DNA of 64,000 bases from Treponemataceae bacterium (GTDB lineage Bacteria; Spirochaetota; Spirochaetia; Treponematales; Rectinemataceae), in NCBI GenBank assembly GCA_963667725.2, contig CAXXHO010000003.1, forward strand, positions 32,001 to 96,000. The letters run 5' to 3'. The position numbers and the translations under genes are program-made. A model generated the notes under the pieces. It worked only from the letters and a program-made list of their open reading frames with translations. It had not been told where the DNA came from and searched no databases. Within the stretch, counting starts at the first letter, position 1. Each line of letters starts with the position of its first letter. Below, piece by piece: positions 45,551-56,385 of the stretch.

Positions 45551-48500
45551 CTACTTTTTGATCAGCACGAATTCCACACGTCGGTTCTTCCACCTGTTCT
45601 CCGCATCTTGGAATTCCACTACGGGTCTGCTCGAGCCAAGGCCGACGACGCTGAGGAGCTTGGCGTCAACGCCGTTCCGCACCAGCATGTCTCGTACCAG
45701 CTCGGCCCTGCCGGCGGACAAGGGAATCAGCTCCCTGCTTTCTTCGATGTTGATTTTCGCCTGCGACAAACCCATAATCTTGGCCGCGCTGTTCGCGTGG
45801 CCTTCAATCCTGATTCTATAGTCCGGGTATTTGTTCAATATCTGGGCAATTCTCGCTACTACTTCCTCGTTCCGCGCGACAATCTCGGGCGATAGGTTGA
45901 GGAAATCCGCGAAGTTAGCCCTGAACACGATCGAGGGAACCTTGATCATGAACCGGCTTCCATCGCGTATCACGAGGACGTCGACCGCGATGACGCCTGA
46001 GATGGTCGTACTATTCCCCAACGCATCATGGGCCACGAATTTGAAAGGATAGTCTGTCGCCGACTCGACAAGAGCGCCGCTGGCCGACTTTCCATCCCAG
46101 GCGATCGTGGCTGGAGGATTTCCCTTGCCGCTCCATTCCGTGAATCGTCGCTCGGTTGCCGCAGTCCTGGGGCTACTCGATTCAACGGTGGCGGTCTCGA
46201 ACACCTTCAGGTTCCAATCGACGATTCCCGCCTCCGCGTCCGCGCCGATGTGGAAGTTCAACGTGTCATCTACCCCATCCCCATCGGGGCTGAAGCGTTG
46301 TACATCGACGCCGACGGTCATAGCGGGCGGAGAGGCGTCGACGAGAACCGACGCGCTGGACGCCTGAGCAAAGTCGCCCTTCGCGTAGAAGACGCTAAGT
46401 TTACCTATAAACTTGCCCCGAACCACCTGACCTTGGAGATCGCGACCGTCCCATACAATTTGCTCGGGCAATTCTGAACCCGTGCCGTCGAAGAAGCGCT
46501 TCTCCGTGCCCTCTTCATCGACAAGGGAGAATCTCCAGGACTCGATTCCTTCCCGCCGCTCGATGCCGATGGAAAAGGACAGCTTGTCGTGTATTCCGTC
46601 GCCGTTGGGTGATATGCCAGTATTGGAGGCGGTCACCTTTACTTTTGGTATTGTTCCGTCCACCGTGATGGCGGGAATATTGGCCGATGAGGTGTTGCCC
46701 GCAATATCAGCAGCTTTCACTTCATAGCTATAGACGCCATCTTCGACGATCGATCCAGCCGAGTCCCTTCCATCCCAGGTGAAGTTTTTGGCTTCGGATT
46801 TCCATGACCAGGACCGAACGATCGCACTCGAGGCATTCCTTATGAGTCCGGTCCAGTCGTCGCCTATGGAGGAATTCTGAGCGATGACTACCGTATCTTT
46901 GTTGCCGTCGCCGTTGGGAGAGAAAAGAATAGGCGAAGCCTCGACCGAGATCCTCGGGGCTTTCGTGTCGAGCATGATCGCTGGGCTGAGGGACGAGAAT
47001 ACTTCGTCGTCGCTGAACCGAACATTCAGCGCGACTTGGTAATCGCCATCCGGGGCGCGGGCGCCATAATCTGTGCTGCCATCCCAAGCATAACTATCGC
47101 TGGTGCTCATCGAGCCCTTCCATGACTTAATAGGGGCGGAGTCGCGATTCCCTGACGCGTCGAGGCCGTAAATGACAACCTCGTATTGCCTAATCACCGG
47201 GATCGCCGGCACATGCGTACGAATATTCATTATATCCCGCATGCCGTCGCCGTTCGGGCTGAACGCCTTCTGGTCTAGGTTGATAAGAATTGCCTTTTTA
47301 GCGATGGCTTTTTCGACAGAAAGCCGCTCGGCCGCCAGACGATTCGCCTCTCTCAATCGGTCCTGGGTATCGGTCAATTGACGTTCGGCCTCGGCTTTTT
47401 CGGCATTCAAGCGCGATATTTCCGCTTCCTTCGAAGCGAGGTTTGCCGCCAATTCCGCGGCTTGCCTGTTCGCTTCCCTGGCGATGGCGGAGGCCCTGTC
47501 CGCTTCAGCCTTTTTTGCCGCGAGCCTCGCTTCGCCGAGAATCCTGAGCGCCGCTTCGGCAACCGAAGATTTGCGTTCGTCCGCAGCCGCTTTCGCTCGC
47601 TCCAGAGCGAGGCCCTCCGAGAATTTCGCCCAGGCAGCGATTCTGTGGGCTTCCGTAAACGCGGAAGCTGAGGCTTTATAATCCGTCGCGGCGTCGGCGA
47701 AATCGCCGTATTCGCGCTTCTGGTCGCCGTCGGCCATCAAGAAAGAGGCGAGCAAGTATTCTTTTTGGGCATTGAATTCCGCCGATGCGGCGTCAGCGGC
47801 CTGTTTTGCGGTCGTGGCTTGTGTTCTCGTCTCCGAAGCGTACTGTTCCGCACCCCAGGCAAGTATATGGCTGCAGTCGCGCGCCGCAATCTTGAGTTTT
47901 TCCGTTCCCGCCCTGATCGAATCATTGGAACCCGAATCATAGAGATCGCGATCCTCGGCTCTAAGCCTTTCGGCCTCCGCCGCGTGGAAGGGAGAATAAT
48001 GGCCGAAACCGCTTTTCGCGACCTGAGTGTAAAGTGCCTCCACATCGGCTTTCATCGCTGCCGATTCGTAGAGCAGGGAAGCTCGCTTATAGGACGCGAT
48101 GGACGCTCTGTATTCCTTATTGGCATGGAAATCCTGGGCGTAGATCCATTCAGCTTCAGCGTTTTCGAAACGATCGGCCGCTTCGGAGGCCGAGTCGCGA
48201 GACCGAGCATATTCTGCCGCAGCGGAGGCTTTTTCCATTTCGGCCTCTGATCTCAGGGGCAAGCCTTCTTCGAGCAGCGCCTGCAGATCCGCTTCGGCGC
48301 CGCTCAGCATGATAGCGACGTGATAGGCGGAGATCCCGTTGAAGGGAATCTGACGGATCTCAACTTCGTAATATGCTTTTGCGTCCTGAAACCCCTCAAG
48401 GGTTGTCGCCGTTTTCACGGGCAGGATGGTATCTATTCCGTAAGACTTAATTTCTTGAGCGCAGAGGTTGACTATCCCGAACAGATTCCGGAATGCGGGT

Positions 48501-48715
48501 TCTGTTATCGCGGGCTTCGGGATGATGGTAGTGGTTGTCGTAGCCGGCGCTGCTTGAACGATGACGAGAGGCGGCAAGGGTATAATGGTCGACGTCGTGG
48601 TTATCGCGGGACCGGCTTCCGTCGTGATCAAAGCCACATCGGGTTGTACCGCGCAGGAGGCAAGGAAAAGGAGTAACAAAAACAAGGACAAAAAAACAAC
48701 TTTTTTTCTTTCCAC
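45551..48715 (-). CDS. Large lipoprotein: Ala-rich helical/coiled-coil region, four FlgD-like Ig repeats and C-terminal OmpA-like peptidoglycan-binding domain
   Basis: Lipobox LASC; four (F/I)SP(N/D)GDG repeats with WDG motifs; IEGHA; NRRVEF. Confidence 0.85.
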   Translation of the reverse strand: MERKKVVFLSLFLLLLFLASCAVQPDVALITTEAGPAITTTSTIIPLPPLVIVQAAPATTTTTIIPKPAITEPAFRNLFGIVNLCAQEIKSYGIDTILPVKTATTLEGFQDAKAYYEVEIRQIPFNGISAYHVAIMLSGAEADLQALLEEGLPLRSEAEMEKASAAAEYARSRDSASEAADRFENAEAEWIYAQDFHANKEYRASIASYKRASLLYESAAMKADVEALYTQVAKSGFGHYSPFHAAEAERLRAEDRDLYDSGSNDSIRAGTEKLKIAARDCSHILAWGAEQYASETRTQATTAKQAADAASAEFNAQKEYLLASFLMADGDQKREYGDFADAATDYKASASAFTEAHRIAAWAKFSEGLALERAKAAADERKSSVAEAALRILGEARLAAKKAEADRASAIAREANRQAAELAANLASKEAEISRLNAEKAEAERQLTDTQDRLREANRLAAERLSVEKAIAKKAILINLDQKAFSPNGDGMRDIMNIRTHVPAIPVIRQYEVVIYGLDASGNRDSAPIKSWKGSMSTSDSYAWDGSTDYGARAPDGDYQVALNVRFSDDEVFSSLSPAIMLDTKAPRISVEASPILFSPNGDGNKDTVVIAQNSSIGDDWTGLIRNASSAIVRSWSWKSEAKNFTWDGRDSAGSIVEDGVYSYEVKAADIAGNTSSANIPAITVDGTIPKVKVTASNTGISPNGDGIHDKLSFSIGIERREGIESWRFSLVDEEGTEKRFFDGTGSELPEQIVWDGRDLQGQVVRGKFIGKLSVFYAKGDFAQASSASVLVDASPPAMTVGVDVQRFSPDGDGVDDTLNFHIGADAEAGIVDWNLKVFETATVESSSPRTAATERRFTEWSGKGNPPATIAWDGKSASGALVESATDYPFKFVAHDALGNSTTISGVIAVDVLVIRDGSRFMIKVPSIVFRANFADFLNLSPEIVARNEEVVARIAQILNKYPDYRIRIEGHANSAAKIMGLSQAKINIEESRELIPLSAGRAELVRDMLVRNGVDAKLLSVVGLGSSRPVVEFQDAENRWKNRRVEFVLIKK

Positions 48716-48878
48716 ATCGATATCCTATATACTTATTGTAATTAGCCGATGGTTTTTTTCTGGATAAATGATAACAGATAACGGATTTAGGGGCAACAGC
48801 ATTTGCCCGCCCGCGATGGTTTTTTACTATCAGTACTTGACAAAGGAAGATGCTTACGGTAAGAATCATCCCCGAAAC

Positions 48879-48951
48879 GCCGCTGTAGCTCAGTTGGTAG
48901 AGCAATGGACTGAAAATCCATGTGTCATCAGTTCAATTCTGATCGGCGGCA
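48879..48951 (+). tRNA. tRNA-Phe(GAA)
   Basis: GCCGCTG...CGGCGGC acceptor stem; ATGGA-CTGAAAA-TCCAT anticodon arm. Confidence 0.93.
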
Positions 48952-48976
48952 AACCACCCCTTAGGGTGGTTTTTTT
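48951..48976 (+). terminator. Rho-independent terminator after tRNA-Phe
   Basis: AAACCACCC-CTTA-GGGTGGTTTTTTT. Confidence 0.8.
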
Positions 48977-49046
48977 ATGCCCTGAGCCGATCTCTGGCTC
49001 CATCAGCCCGCTTCCGGGATTCATCGTTTCTTAGTATTATAAAAGC

Positions 49047-50024
49047 ATGAAAATACTGATCATTGGCGGAGCCGGCTATATCGGCAGCCACGTGGCGAGG
49101 CTTTTCGCCGACAAGGGTCATAAGGTCGATATCGCGGATAATCTTTCGACGGGCAGCGAGGAAAATCTTTTTCCCGACTACGGGTTTTTCCAGGGCGACA
49201 TTCTCGACTATCCCTGGCTTCTCGGCGTGATGGGGAAGGGCTACGACGCCATCGTTCATCTCGCGGCGTCGAAGGCCGCGGGCGAGTCGATGCTGGCGCC
49301 GGAAAAGTACGCCAGGCAGAATATAAGCGGAACCATCAATATTCTCAATGCCGCGTGCGAGGCGGGCATCCACGCCATCGTCTTCTCTTCCTCCGCGGCG
49401 GTATACGGAGAGCCGCGGTACCTGCCCATCGACGAAGCCCATCCCCAGAACCCGGAAAACTTCTATGGCTTCACGAAGCTGGAGATCGAGAGGATTCTGG
49501 CCTGGTACGATAGGCTGAAGGGGCTGAAATTCGCCGCCCTGCGCTATTTCAACGCCGCCGGATACGATCCCGCCGGCCGCGTCCATGGACTGGAGAAGAA
49601 TCCCGCCAATCTCATTCCCGTGATCATGGAAACCGCGGCGGGCATGCGTCCCGCGCTTAAGATTTTCGGGCTGGACTATGCCACGCCCGACGGCTCGGGC
49701 GTCAGGGACTACATCCATGTCAGCGATCTGGCCGAGGCGCACCTGCTCGCCCTTGAATATATCCTACGCGAGAAGGCCAGCCTCACCGTGAATCTTGGTT
49801 CCGAGGAAGGTCTCTCGGTGCTCGAGATCCTCGAGGCCGCGAGGAGGATCACTGGCGCGCCCATCGCGACCGAGATCTGCGAGCGCAGGCCCGGGGACCC
49901 GGCCAAGCTGGTGGCTTCGAGCGCCAAGGCCAAGAAATTATTAGGCTGGGAAGCGAAGCATTCCGATGTCGAAAGCTTGATCGCGACGACATGGAATGCC
50001 TATCGGCTTTCCTTGGACAAATAA
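49047..50024 (+). CDS. galE: UDP-glucose 4-epimerase
   Basis: GGAGYIGSH, SSSAAVYG, YGFTK, LRYFNAAG, RDYIHV. Confidence 0.95.
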   Translation: MKILIIGGAGYIGSHVARLFADKGHKVDIADNLSTGSEENLFPDYGFFQGDILDYPWLLGVMGKGYDAIVHLAASKAAGESMLAPEKYARQNISGTINILNAACEAGIHAIVFSSSAAVYGEPRYLPIDEAHPQNPENFYGFTKLEIERILAWYDRLKGLKFAALRYFNAAGYDPAGRVHGLEKNPANLIPVIMETAAGMRPALKIFGLDYATPDGSGVRDYIHVSDLAEAHLLALEYILREKASLTVNLGSEEGLSVLEILEAARRITGAPIATEICERRPGDPAKLVASSAKAKKLLGWEAKHSDVESLIATTWNAYRLSLDK

Positions 50025-50046
50025 AATAAACCACAAGGAGAACGCA

Positions 50047-51264
50047 ATGAAAGAGAAGATTTTTTCCTACATCGAAAATAGCGTCGACGGCATCATCGAA
50101 CTGGAGAGCCTCCTGACCTCGATCCCAGCGCTGGCGCCGGAATCGGGAGGGCAGGGCGAGCTGGAAAAATCCATCGCCTTGGAGAAATGGCTCAGGGCTC
50201 AGGGCATCAACGATATCTTTCACATGGACGCGAAGGACGACAGGGTGGCGTCGGGCGTCCGCCCCAACTTCGTCGCGACCATTCCCGGCAGGAACGACAA
50301 ATCCCGCCTCTGGATAATGACGCACATGGACGTCGTTCCGGAAGGCGAGCGCTCCAACTGGAATACCGATCCCTGGAAGGTGACGGTGAAGGGCAAGACG
50401 CTCGTCGGCCGCGGCGTGGAGGATAACCAGCAGGGCCTCGTGTCTTCGGTGTTCATGGCCCTGGCCTTCGTCAAGCAGGGCATCGTGCCCGAGCGGACGA
50501 TCAAGTTGCTCTTCGTGGCCGATGAGGAAGTGGGGTCAACGTTCGGGATCCAGCATATCATCAACAACTATTCGCTTTTCGGGAAGGACGATCTCATCAT
50601 CATCCCCGATGGGGGCAATGCCGAAGGCACCGAGATCGAGGTGGCCGAGAAGAATATCTGCTGGCTGCAGGTGAGGACGAAGGGAGTGCAGACGCACGCC
50701 GCTTCGCCGGACAAGGGTGTCAACGCCTTTCTGGCCGCCAGCGACCTGGCCCTGCGTATCCACGGACTCGAGAAAACTGTCTTTACGGCCAGGGACTCCC
50801 TTTTCGAGCCCGATAGGACAACGATCAATCCCACGAAAAAAGAAGCCAACGTGCCGAACGTGAACACGATTCCCGGCGACGATGTCTTCTGCGTGGATAT
50901 GAGGATTCTTCCCCAGTATCCCGTTTCAATCGTTATGGCCGAGGCGAGGAAGGTCGCCGACACGGTGGAGGCCGAATACAAGGTCAAGGTCTCCTTCGAG
51001 GTGCTGCAGAGCAATGAATCCAAGGCTACCGCGGCCGACGCGCCGGTCGTCGGCCACCTGAAGACCGCGGTGAGGGAAGTCTACGGCGTGGAGGCCCGGG
51101 CGATAGGCATCGGAGGGGGAACCGTTGGCGCTTACCTTCGCAAGGCCGGATTCGATTGCGTGGTATGGGCTAAGATGAACGAAACCGCCCATCAGCCGAA
51201 CGAAAGCGCCGAGATCGCCAACGTAATCGGCGACGCGAAGGTATTCGCCAGCCTGGCGCTGTGA
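50047..51264 (+). CDS. M20-family metallohydrolase (DapE/ArgE-like)
   Basis: HMDVVP, GRGVEDN, DEEVG, AHQPNE; SD AAGGAG. Confidence 0.9.
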   Translation: MKEKIFSYIENSVDGIIELESLLTSIPALAPESGGQGELEKSIALEKWLRAQGINDIFHMDAKDDRVASGVRPNFVATIPGRNDKSRLWIMTHMDVVPEGERSNWNTDPWKVTVKGKTLVGRGVEDNQQGLVSSVFMALAFVKQGIVPERTIKLLFVADEEVGSTFGIQHIINNYSLFGKDDLIIIPDGGNAEGTEIEVAEKNICWLQVRTKGVQTHAASPDKGVNAFLAASDLALRIHGLEKTVFTARDSLFEPDRTTINPTKKEANVPNVNTIPGDDVFCVDMRILPQYPVSIVMAEARKVADTVEAEYKVKVSFEVLQSNESKATAADAPVVGHLKTAVREVYGVEARAIGIGGGTVGAYLRKAGFDCVVWAKMNETAHQPNESAEIANVIGDAKVFASLAL

Positions 51265-51294
51265 GGGTACACTTACCCGCCTAATGGATCTCGT

Positions 51295-52719
51295 TCAGCG
51301 AGCGGGGACTTTCAGTTTTTGGCCGATCCTGAGCGTGCTGTTCACGCTTATGCCATTCCGTTCGGCGAGCGTGTCGGGTTTCACGTCAAAAAGAAGGGAG
51401 ATATCCCAGAGGGTATCTCCCTTCTTTATTGTGTAGAAATCGCTGAACGCGGCGTTTTCGGAACCGGTCGTCTTTTTGGATGCGGAGATTGTCGTGGACA
51501 GATGGGGAATGATGACGGTTTGCCCTATCCGTATCTTGTCCGCCTTGAGGCCGGGATTGGCCTGAAGGATTATGTTGAGCGGCGTCGCGTAACGCTGGGC
51601 TATCGCGCTCATCGTGTCGCCCGATTTTATCTTGTATATTTCGTATTTGAACAGCGGCGAGGAGACATCTTCAAGGATGGCCCGCACCGTTTCCGCCTTG
51701 TCCGCGGGCACCTTCACCATATGCTTCGCGCTGGGGGGCGTTATGTGGTATTTAAGTTCGGCGTTGCCGTCTTTCAGCAGCTTGAGAGGAATGCCCGTTC
51801 GCTCGGCCAGGACGTTCATATCCACCTGACGGGATGTCTCCAGGGCTTCCCATAGGTGCTTTTCGCCCCATCCGGACTGAAAGCCATGGAGTTCCGGATA
51901 GCTCAGTATCGAAGCGACGGCAAGGAATTTCGGGACATAGGAGAGCGGCTCCCTGGACAGTTTTTTGCTTTCGTAAAGATGCCAGAAATCGATAGACTCG
52001 CCGTTCGAGGATCTTATCGCCCTCGTGACGGCACCCAGCCCCGCGTTGTAGGCGGCAATGGCCAACGGCCAGTCTCCGAGCGCCTTATAATTGTCGCGCA
52101 GCTTCCGCAGCGCGGCATCGGTGCTTTTCATGAAATCCTTCCGGTCATCAGTCCATTCCGATATGGAAAGACCATAGCCCGAGATGGAGTTCCGCATGAA
52201 CTGCCAGATGCCCGTGGCCCCGCTTCTCGACACGGCAAAGGGAGAATACTCCGACTCTATGACGGGCAGGTAGACAAGTTCCTTGGGCAGTTGGTATTCC
52301 ACAATCTTCTCTTCGACGTAGGCCAGGTAGGGAAGGGAGCGCTCCATGACAGCCAGGAGCCATTTCTTGCCCCCGGAGGTCATGTAGGTAGCGCGGTAAT
52401 TCTCAAATTCCTCATGTCCCCATGGCATTTCCATATCGAATTGAAGTCCGTCCACCAGGATGCCCGCGGACATGACGATTTCCGGATCGGCTGTCTGGGA
52501 TTCGGCGGGTGGGGCGGCGGGGGGGAGCGAGACTTCGGGAGCAATACTCGCCAGAACCTCTGCGGCGGCTTCCGTCTCGATCTCCGGATCATGCCCTTGC
52601 CCGTAAACGGCGACGCTGAGCGTCAGCATAAAAAGCGCCGGCAGGAAAAAGCGGAGGCGCAAACCTGGGTGGAGACGTCTGTTCGAAACGGATTCAGAAT
52701 ATGGTCTATCATGATTCAT
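51295..52719 (-). CDS. Lytic transglycosylase (MltD-like) with two LysM domains
   Basis: IESEY, GATGIWQFM, AAYNAG, YVPK; LysM motifs KSGDT and KKGDT. Confidence 0.9.
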   Translation of the reverse strand: MNHDRPYSESVSNRRLHPGLRLRFFLPALFMLTLSVAVYGQGHDPEIETEAAAEVLASIAPEVSLPPAAPPAESQTADPEIVMSAGILVDGLQFDMEMPWGHEEFENYRATYMTSGGKKWLLAVMERSLPYLAYVEEKIVEYQLPKELVYLPVIESEYSPFAVSRSGATGIWQFMRNSISGYGLSISEWTDDRKDFMKSTDAALRKLRDNYKALGDWPLAIAAYNAGLGAVTRAIRSSNGESIDFWHLYESKKLSREPLSYVPKFLAVASILSYPELHGFQSGWGEKHLWEALETSRQVDMNVLAERTGIPLKLLKDGNAELKYHITPPSAKHMVKVPADKAETVRAILEDVSSPLFKYEIYKIKSGDTMSAIAQRYATPLNIILQANPGLKADKIRIGQTVIIPHLSTTISASKKTTGSENAAFSDFYTIKKGDTLWDISLLFDVKPDTLAERNGISVNSTLRIGQKLKVPAR

Positions 52720-53876
52720 TGCATCTTTTCTCCAAAATAAATGCCGGCCCATTCCCATTGTCCGTGTACCTTGGGATCGGCCGGAAAGTCGATTTTGCGG
52801 AAATACAGGTACCAGACCTGGACGCGGCCCGTCCAGCCCCATGTCCGCAGATAGGCGTCGTATGGTCCCGACGATGAATGCAGGCTGGCCGCCGATTGGA
52901 TGGGCCGACCCTGCATGAACTGGCTCAAATCGAAGGCGACCTTGCTGTTCGCGTCCATTCCGCTGTCCTGGTACCATGATACCGCAAAAAATCCAGCTTT
53001 CGAGGCATATTTTCGCAGCTGGCGGGCCGAACCGGACGCGAGGGCCTTTCTAACGTTCGCGGTCAATTCGTCCAGACTCTCGAAGGTCCAGTCTTTCGGG
53101 CTGGCATTGAATTCGACCAGCTGTCTGGCATAGGCATGGGCTTCCGGATAGCCCGGAACGCCCGTTCCGAAATAGGGAAGGAAGGCGGCATAATGCTCCA
53201 AGGCTTCTTTCCACGATCCGATTTTTTCGTACTCCTTGGCGAGGAGGAAGTGAGAAGCCCCCACATCCTCGGCATCGGGGAAACGCGCGATGAGATCCCG
53301 GTAATATTCGATCTTCCGTTCAGGCACTTCCGCGCTTCGAACCAGCCGCGCGAGCGATTCGTAGTGAAGGCTCTTTCCCTCGATATTGAGATCGGGGAGG
53401 GTCTTCACGATTCTCTCGTAGAGGAGAATCGCCAGCGGCGCATCGCCCGCCGCCTCGTAGCTCGCGGCGGCGGCGAAGAGATACCAGGCCGCGTATTCAT
53501 CGGAAGGATCGCTCATCCCGACAAGGAATGACGCTGCCTTCGCGTGATTCCCGCCGTCGATCAGTATGGCGGATATTTTCCTCGCGGCGGCATAATGCGC
53601 CACACTGTTGGGTTTGGCCCCATCAGGGCCATGTTCGTCCAAAACCGCGAACAGCGACGATAGCGCCCTTCTCTGCGAAAGGCCGCCTACGATATACAGG
53701 GAATTACCGCCGGAACAGGATGTTACAAAAAAAGAGGCCGCAAGGATAAAAATAACAAATAAAGCCAGCCGGCGCGCTTGAGAGGAGCGCAACCCGGTCC
53801 TCTTTATGCGGGGGGCAGGTGAAAACACAAAAACCAGAGTAACACGCGGTTTTTCCGCTTTGCAAGTACGAACCAT
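52716..53876 (-). CDS. TPR-containing probable lipoprotein (start uncertain)
   Basis: FVTSC lipobox-like site; helical repeats; C-terminal WEWAGIYFGEK; coupled to the transglycosylase. Confidence 0.7.
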   Translation of the reverse strand: MVRTCKAEKPRVTLVFVFSPAPRIKRTGLRSSQARRLALFVIFILAASFFVTSCSGGNSLYIVGGLSQRRALSSLFAVLDEHGPDGAKPNSVAHYAAARKISAILIDGGNHAKAASFLVGMSDPSDEYAAWYLFAAAASYEAAGDAPLAILLYERIVKTLPDLNIEGKSLHYESLARLVRSAEVPERKIEYYRDLIARFPDAEDVGASHFLLAKEYEKIGSWKEALEHYAAFLPYFGTGVPGYPEAHAYARQLVEFNASPKDWTFESLDELTANVRKALASGSARQLRKYASKAGFFAVSWYQDSGMDANSKVAFDLSQFMQGRPIQSAASLHSSSGPYDAYLRTWGWTGRVQVWYLYFRKIDFPADPKVHGQWEWAGIYFGEKMQ

Positions 53877-53919
53877 CTCTATATACTTAAGACCTCATTC
53901 CTTGGAGGAATTGCCACCA

Positions 53920-54309
53920 GTGAAACCCAGAGTATTCCTGACGCTGAGATTTCTCGCCACTTTTCTGATTTTTTCAACCGTGGCGGGGCTTGTAACCTGG
54001 GTCGGCGGGCTGCGGATCGTCCAGACTTGGCCCTTCTTCCTGGGAGCGGCAGGCTTCGCCGGCCTTCTCGCCGGGATAAGGAAACGCCATCGTTTTTCTG
54101 TGGGATTCACCATCCCATCCATGGTTTTTATAGCGCTGTCAGGCTTCTTCTGCCTTTTTTCCTTTCATCTCATCCCCATGCGGCTGAAAGATTTCATTTT
54201 AATGTATTGGCCGGCGATACCTGTCGTCTCCCTGGCATGTTTGTTTTTGAGCGCGTTCTTTTTCGGCTGGCGGCGTCGGGCCGGGCGCGGGAAAAATTCG
54301 GAAAGATGA
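53920..54309 (+). CDS. Small membrane protein with about four TM helices
   Basis: SD GGAGG before GTG; hydrophobic segments. Confidence 0.6.
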   Translation: MKPRVFLTLRFLATFLIFSTVAGLVTWVGGLRIVQTWPFFLGAAGFAGLLAGIRKRHRFSVGFTIPSMVFIALSGFFCLFSFHLIPMRLKDFILMYWPAIPVVSLACLFLSAFFFGWRRRAGRGKNSER

Positions 54310-54429
54310 ACTTTTAATGCGGAAGTATTCAAGAAAAGAGGAATTTGTTACGATTTTCTATTATAATCACAATGACCAATCCAATAATGAAATGGGAACG
54401 CTTGGCGTTCGCGGCGGGAGAAAAGTGAA

Positions 54430-56385
54430 TTGAATAAAGTCTGCAAGCGTGGAGCGCTGATTGTCTTTCTCGCCGCCATGCTCGGAACCGCCGTTCAGCC
54501 TTTATGCGCCCAGACCAGCATAGCCATGGCCGATCCCGAGACCCTGGCCAGGATGATCGGCAACAAGGCTGAAATCGAACGCAATATTATCTTGGCCACA
54601 CCCGATTCTCTCGTCCTCGCCAGGAATGGGCTCGCCGAATCGAAGGTCCTCGCAGAAGACGACAGAAAAGCCCTGCTGGAAATCGTCCGCGGAATTTCGA
54701 CCATTCTCTATCCCCCGCCCATCGCGGCTCGCGCGACGCCGAAGGTCGCGAAAAACCCTCCCCCGCGCTTCAAGGGGAGTGATGAACCGCTCTCCGATTT
54801 TTTCGTGGATCCACTGCTCAAGAATATCCATCCTATCTATTCCATATGCCTGACCCAGTTGGTGGAAGCTTCCAGCGGAAGAATCTTCGCCGCGCCCAAG
54901 GGTTCAGAGGGCGCTTTCCTGACGGAAATTCTGCCCGCCCTCGCCGTATTCAAGACCTCTGACAGAGATACAGCCAGATCGGCTCTCGCTTATTCCGAAC
55001 GTTTCGAGGCTTCGGGCAGCTATGCCTCGGCCATACCGGGGCTCGTGCAGGCGCGGTCCGCCAGATTGGAAGGCGACTCGCTGAAAGCCTATCATCTCTA
55101 TGGCAAGGTCCTGGATTCCTATCCCGATGTCTGGCCGGCAAGGCTGGAACTGGGGCTGCTTTCCCTGGAAATGGGAATGCCCGTGAACGCGCTGACCTAT
55201 CTTTCCCCCCTCGCCGAAAACAGGCAAAACGATGGCGCCGTCGTCTTGCCCTATGCCATGGCGCTCTATCACAACGGAAGACTGGCGGACGCCGAACCCT
55301 ATGTGCGGAAGGGCCTGGAATGCTATCCCGAATCACCCGCGCTCTCGATTATCGCGGCGCACATTCTGATGGACAGAAATGACTACGCCGCCGCCCAGCC
55401 CCTTATCGATTCCTACGGGAAGAAACATGCTTCGGACAGGATGTACCTGTATTTAAAAGCCCTCCTGGCCAAGGGGCAGAACCGGAACGATGAAGCCCAG
55501 AAGTGGGCGCGCAAAGCCCTGCAGGCATATCCTGAAGACCCCGAAATCATGGTGCTTCTCGCCGGAATCCTTTTTGGCGGACCTGAGGCGGGACACAAGG
55601 AAGCGGCGGCGCTGAGCATCGAAGCGAAGAATCGTTTTGCCGCCGAAAGAACCATGGCGGTCGGGGCAAAGTCGACTCCTTTCAGTCCCTTGATGGAGGC
55701 GATGCGCAAAGAGGCCGAAGGCGAGGCCACGCGCTTCCTGATGCTCGAGGCCTACAACCATCAGGATTGGTACGCGGCCGGCGAGATGCTTGGGTCGACC
55801 TCGACATCGGGCATAGATAAGGCCGTCGTGGCCACGATCCTGAGGAAATCAGGCAGGAAAAAAGAAGCCCTCGCTTTTTCCTCCGAATGGTACAGCGACA
55901 GCCCGCAATCGGAAGCCGCCGCCGAAGCCTACCTCAGATCCCTCGCCTCGGCCAGCACCGGCATTGGTGTGGCCTCGGCGGCCGGCTCCACGGTTTCTGA
56001 CGCCGGCACCGGCCTCATCGGGTTTATGGGCGGCTACGCTCCCGGGAGTTCGGGACCTGTCCTGGATGCGGGACAGCCTTCCATCATCGGCCTCGTGCTC
56101 CAGCTGCTCTCGGGATCCTGTTCGGCCAGCATGCGATCCTATCTCTATTATCTTCGCGGAACCCTGCAGACCGATACCGACGCGGCCATCGACTCCTATC
56201 GGATGGCTCTCCTCGAGCGAGCCGATAACGTGGAAGCCATAGCGGCCCTGGCAAAGGCCTACGCCAAGAAAAACGACGCGCAGAAAGCGCTTTTCTTTGT
56301 CAAGCAAGCCAAGTCGATTGGTATCGACGACGCTGACCTCGCCTCCGATCTGCAGGCGCTGGAAGCGACGCTCGTCAAGGGATGA
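54430..56385 (+). CDS. Secreted tetratricopeptide-repeat protein
   Basis: Signal peptide; multiple TPR-like motifs. Confidence 0.75.
   Translation: MNKVCKRGALIVFLAAMLGTAVQPLCAQTSIAMADPETLARMIGNKAEIERNIILATPDSLVLARNGLAESKVLAEDDRKALLEIVRGISTILYPPPIAARATPKVAKNPPPRFKGSDEPLSDFFVDPLLKNIHPIYSICLTQLVEASSGRIFAAPKGSEGAFLTEILPALAVFKTSDRDTARSALAYSERFEASGSYASAIPGLVQARSARLEGDSLKAYHLYGKVLDSYPDVWPARLELGLLSLEMGMPVNALTYLSPLAENRQNDGAVVLPYAMALYHNGRLADAEPYVRKGLECYPESPALSIIAAHILMDRNDYAAAQPLIDSYGKKHASDRMYLYLKALLAKGQNRNDEAQKWARKALQAYPEDPEIMVLLAGILFGGPEAGHKEAAALSIEAKNRFAAERTMAVGAKSTPFSPLMEAMRKEAEGEATRFLMLEAYNHQDWYAAGEMLGSTSTSGIDKAVVATILRKSGRKKEALAFSSEWYSDSPQSEAAAEAYLRSLASASTGIGVASAAGSTVSDAGTGLIGFMGGYAPGSSGPVLDAGQPSIIGLVLQLLSGSCSASMRSYLYYLRGTLQTDTDAAIDSYRMALLERADNVEAIAALAKAYAKKNDAQKALFFVKQAKSIGIDDADLASDLQALEATLVKG

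Noticed and set aside
45425..48951. tRNA-Val or tRNA-Phe as integration sites for the pilus locus or the OmpA gene
   Set aside because: No integrase and no duplicated tRNA 3' end seen; the pilus locus lies 5' of tRNA-Val
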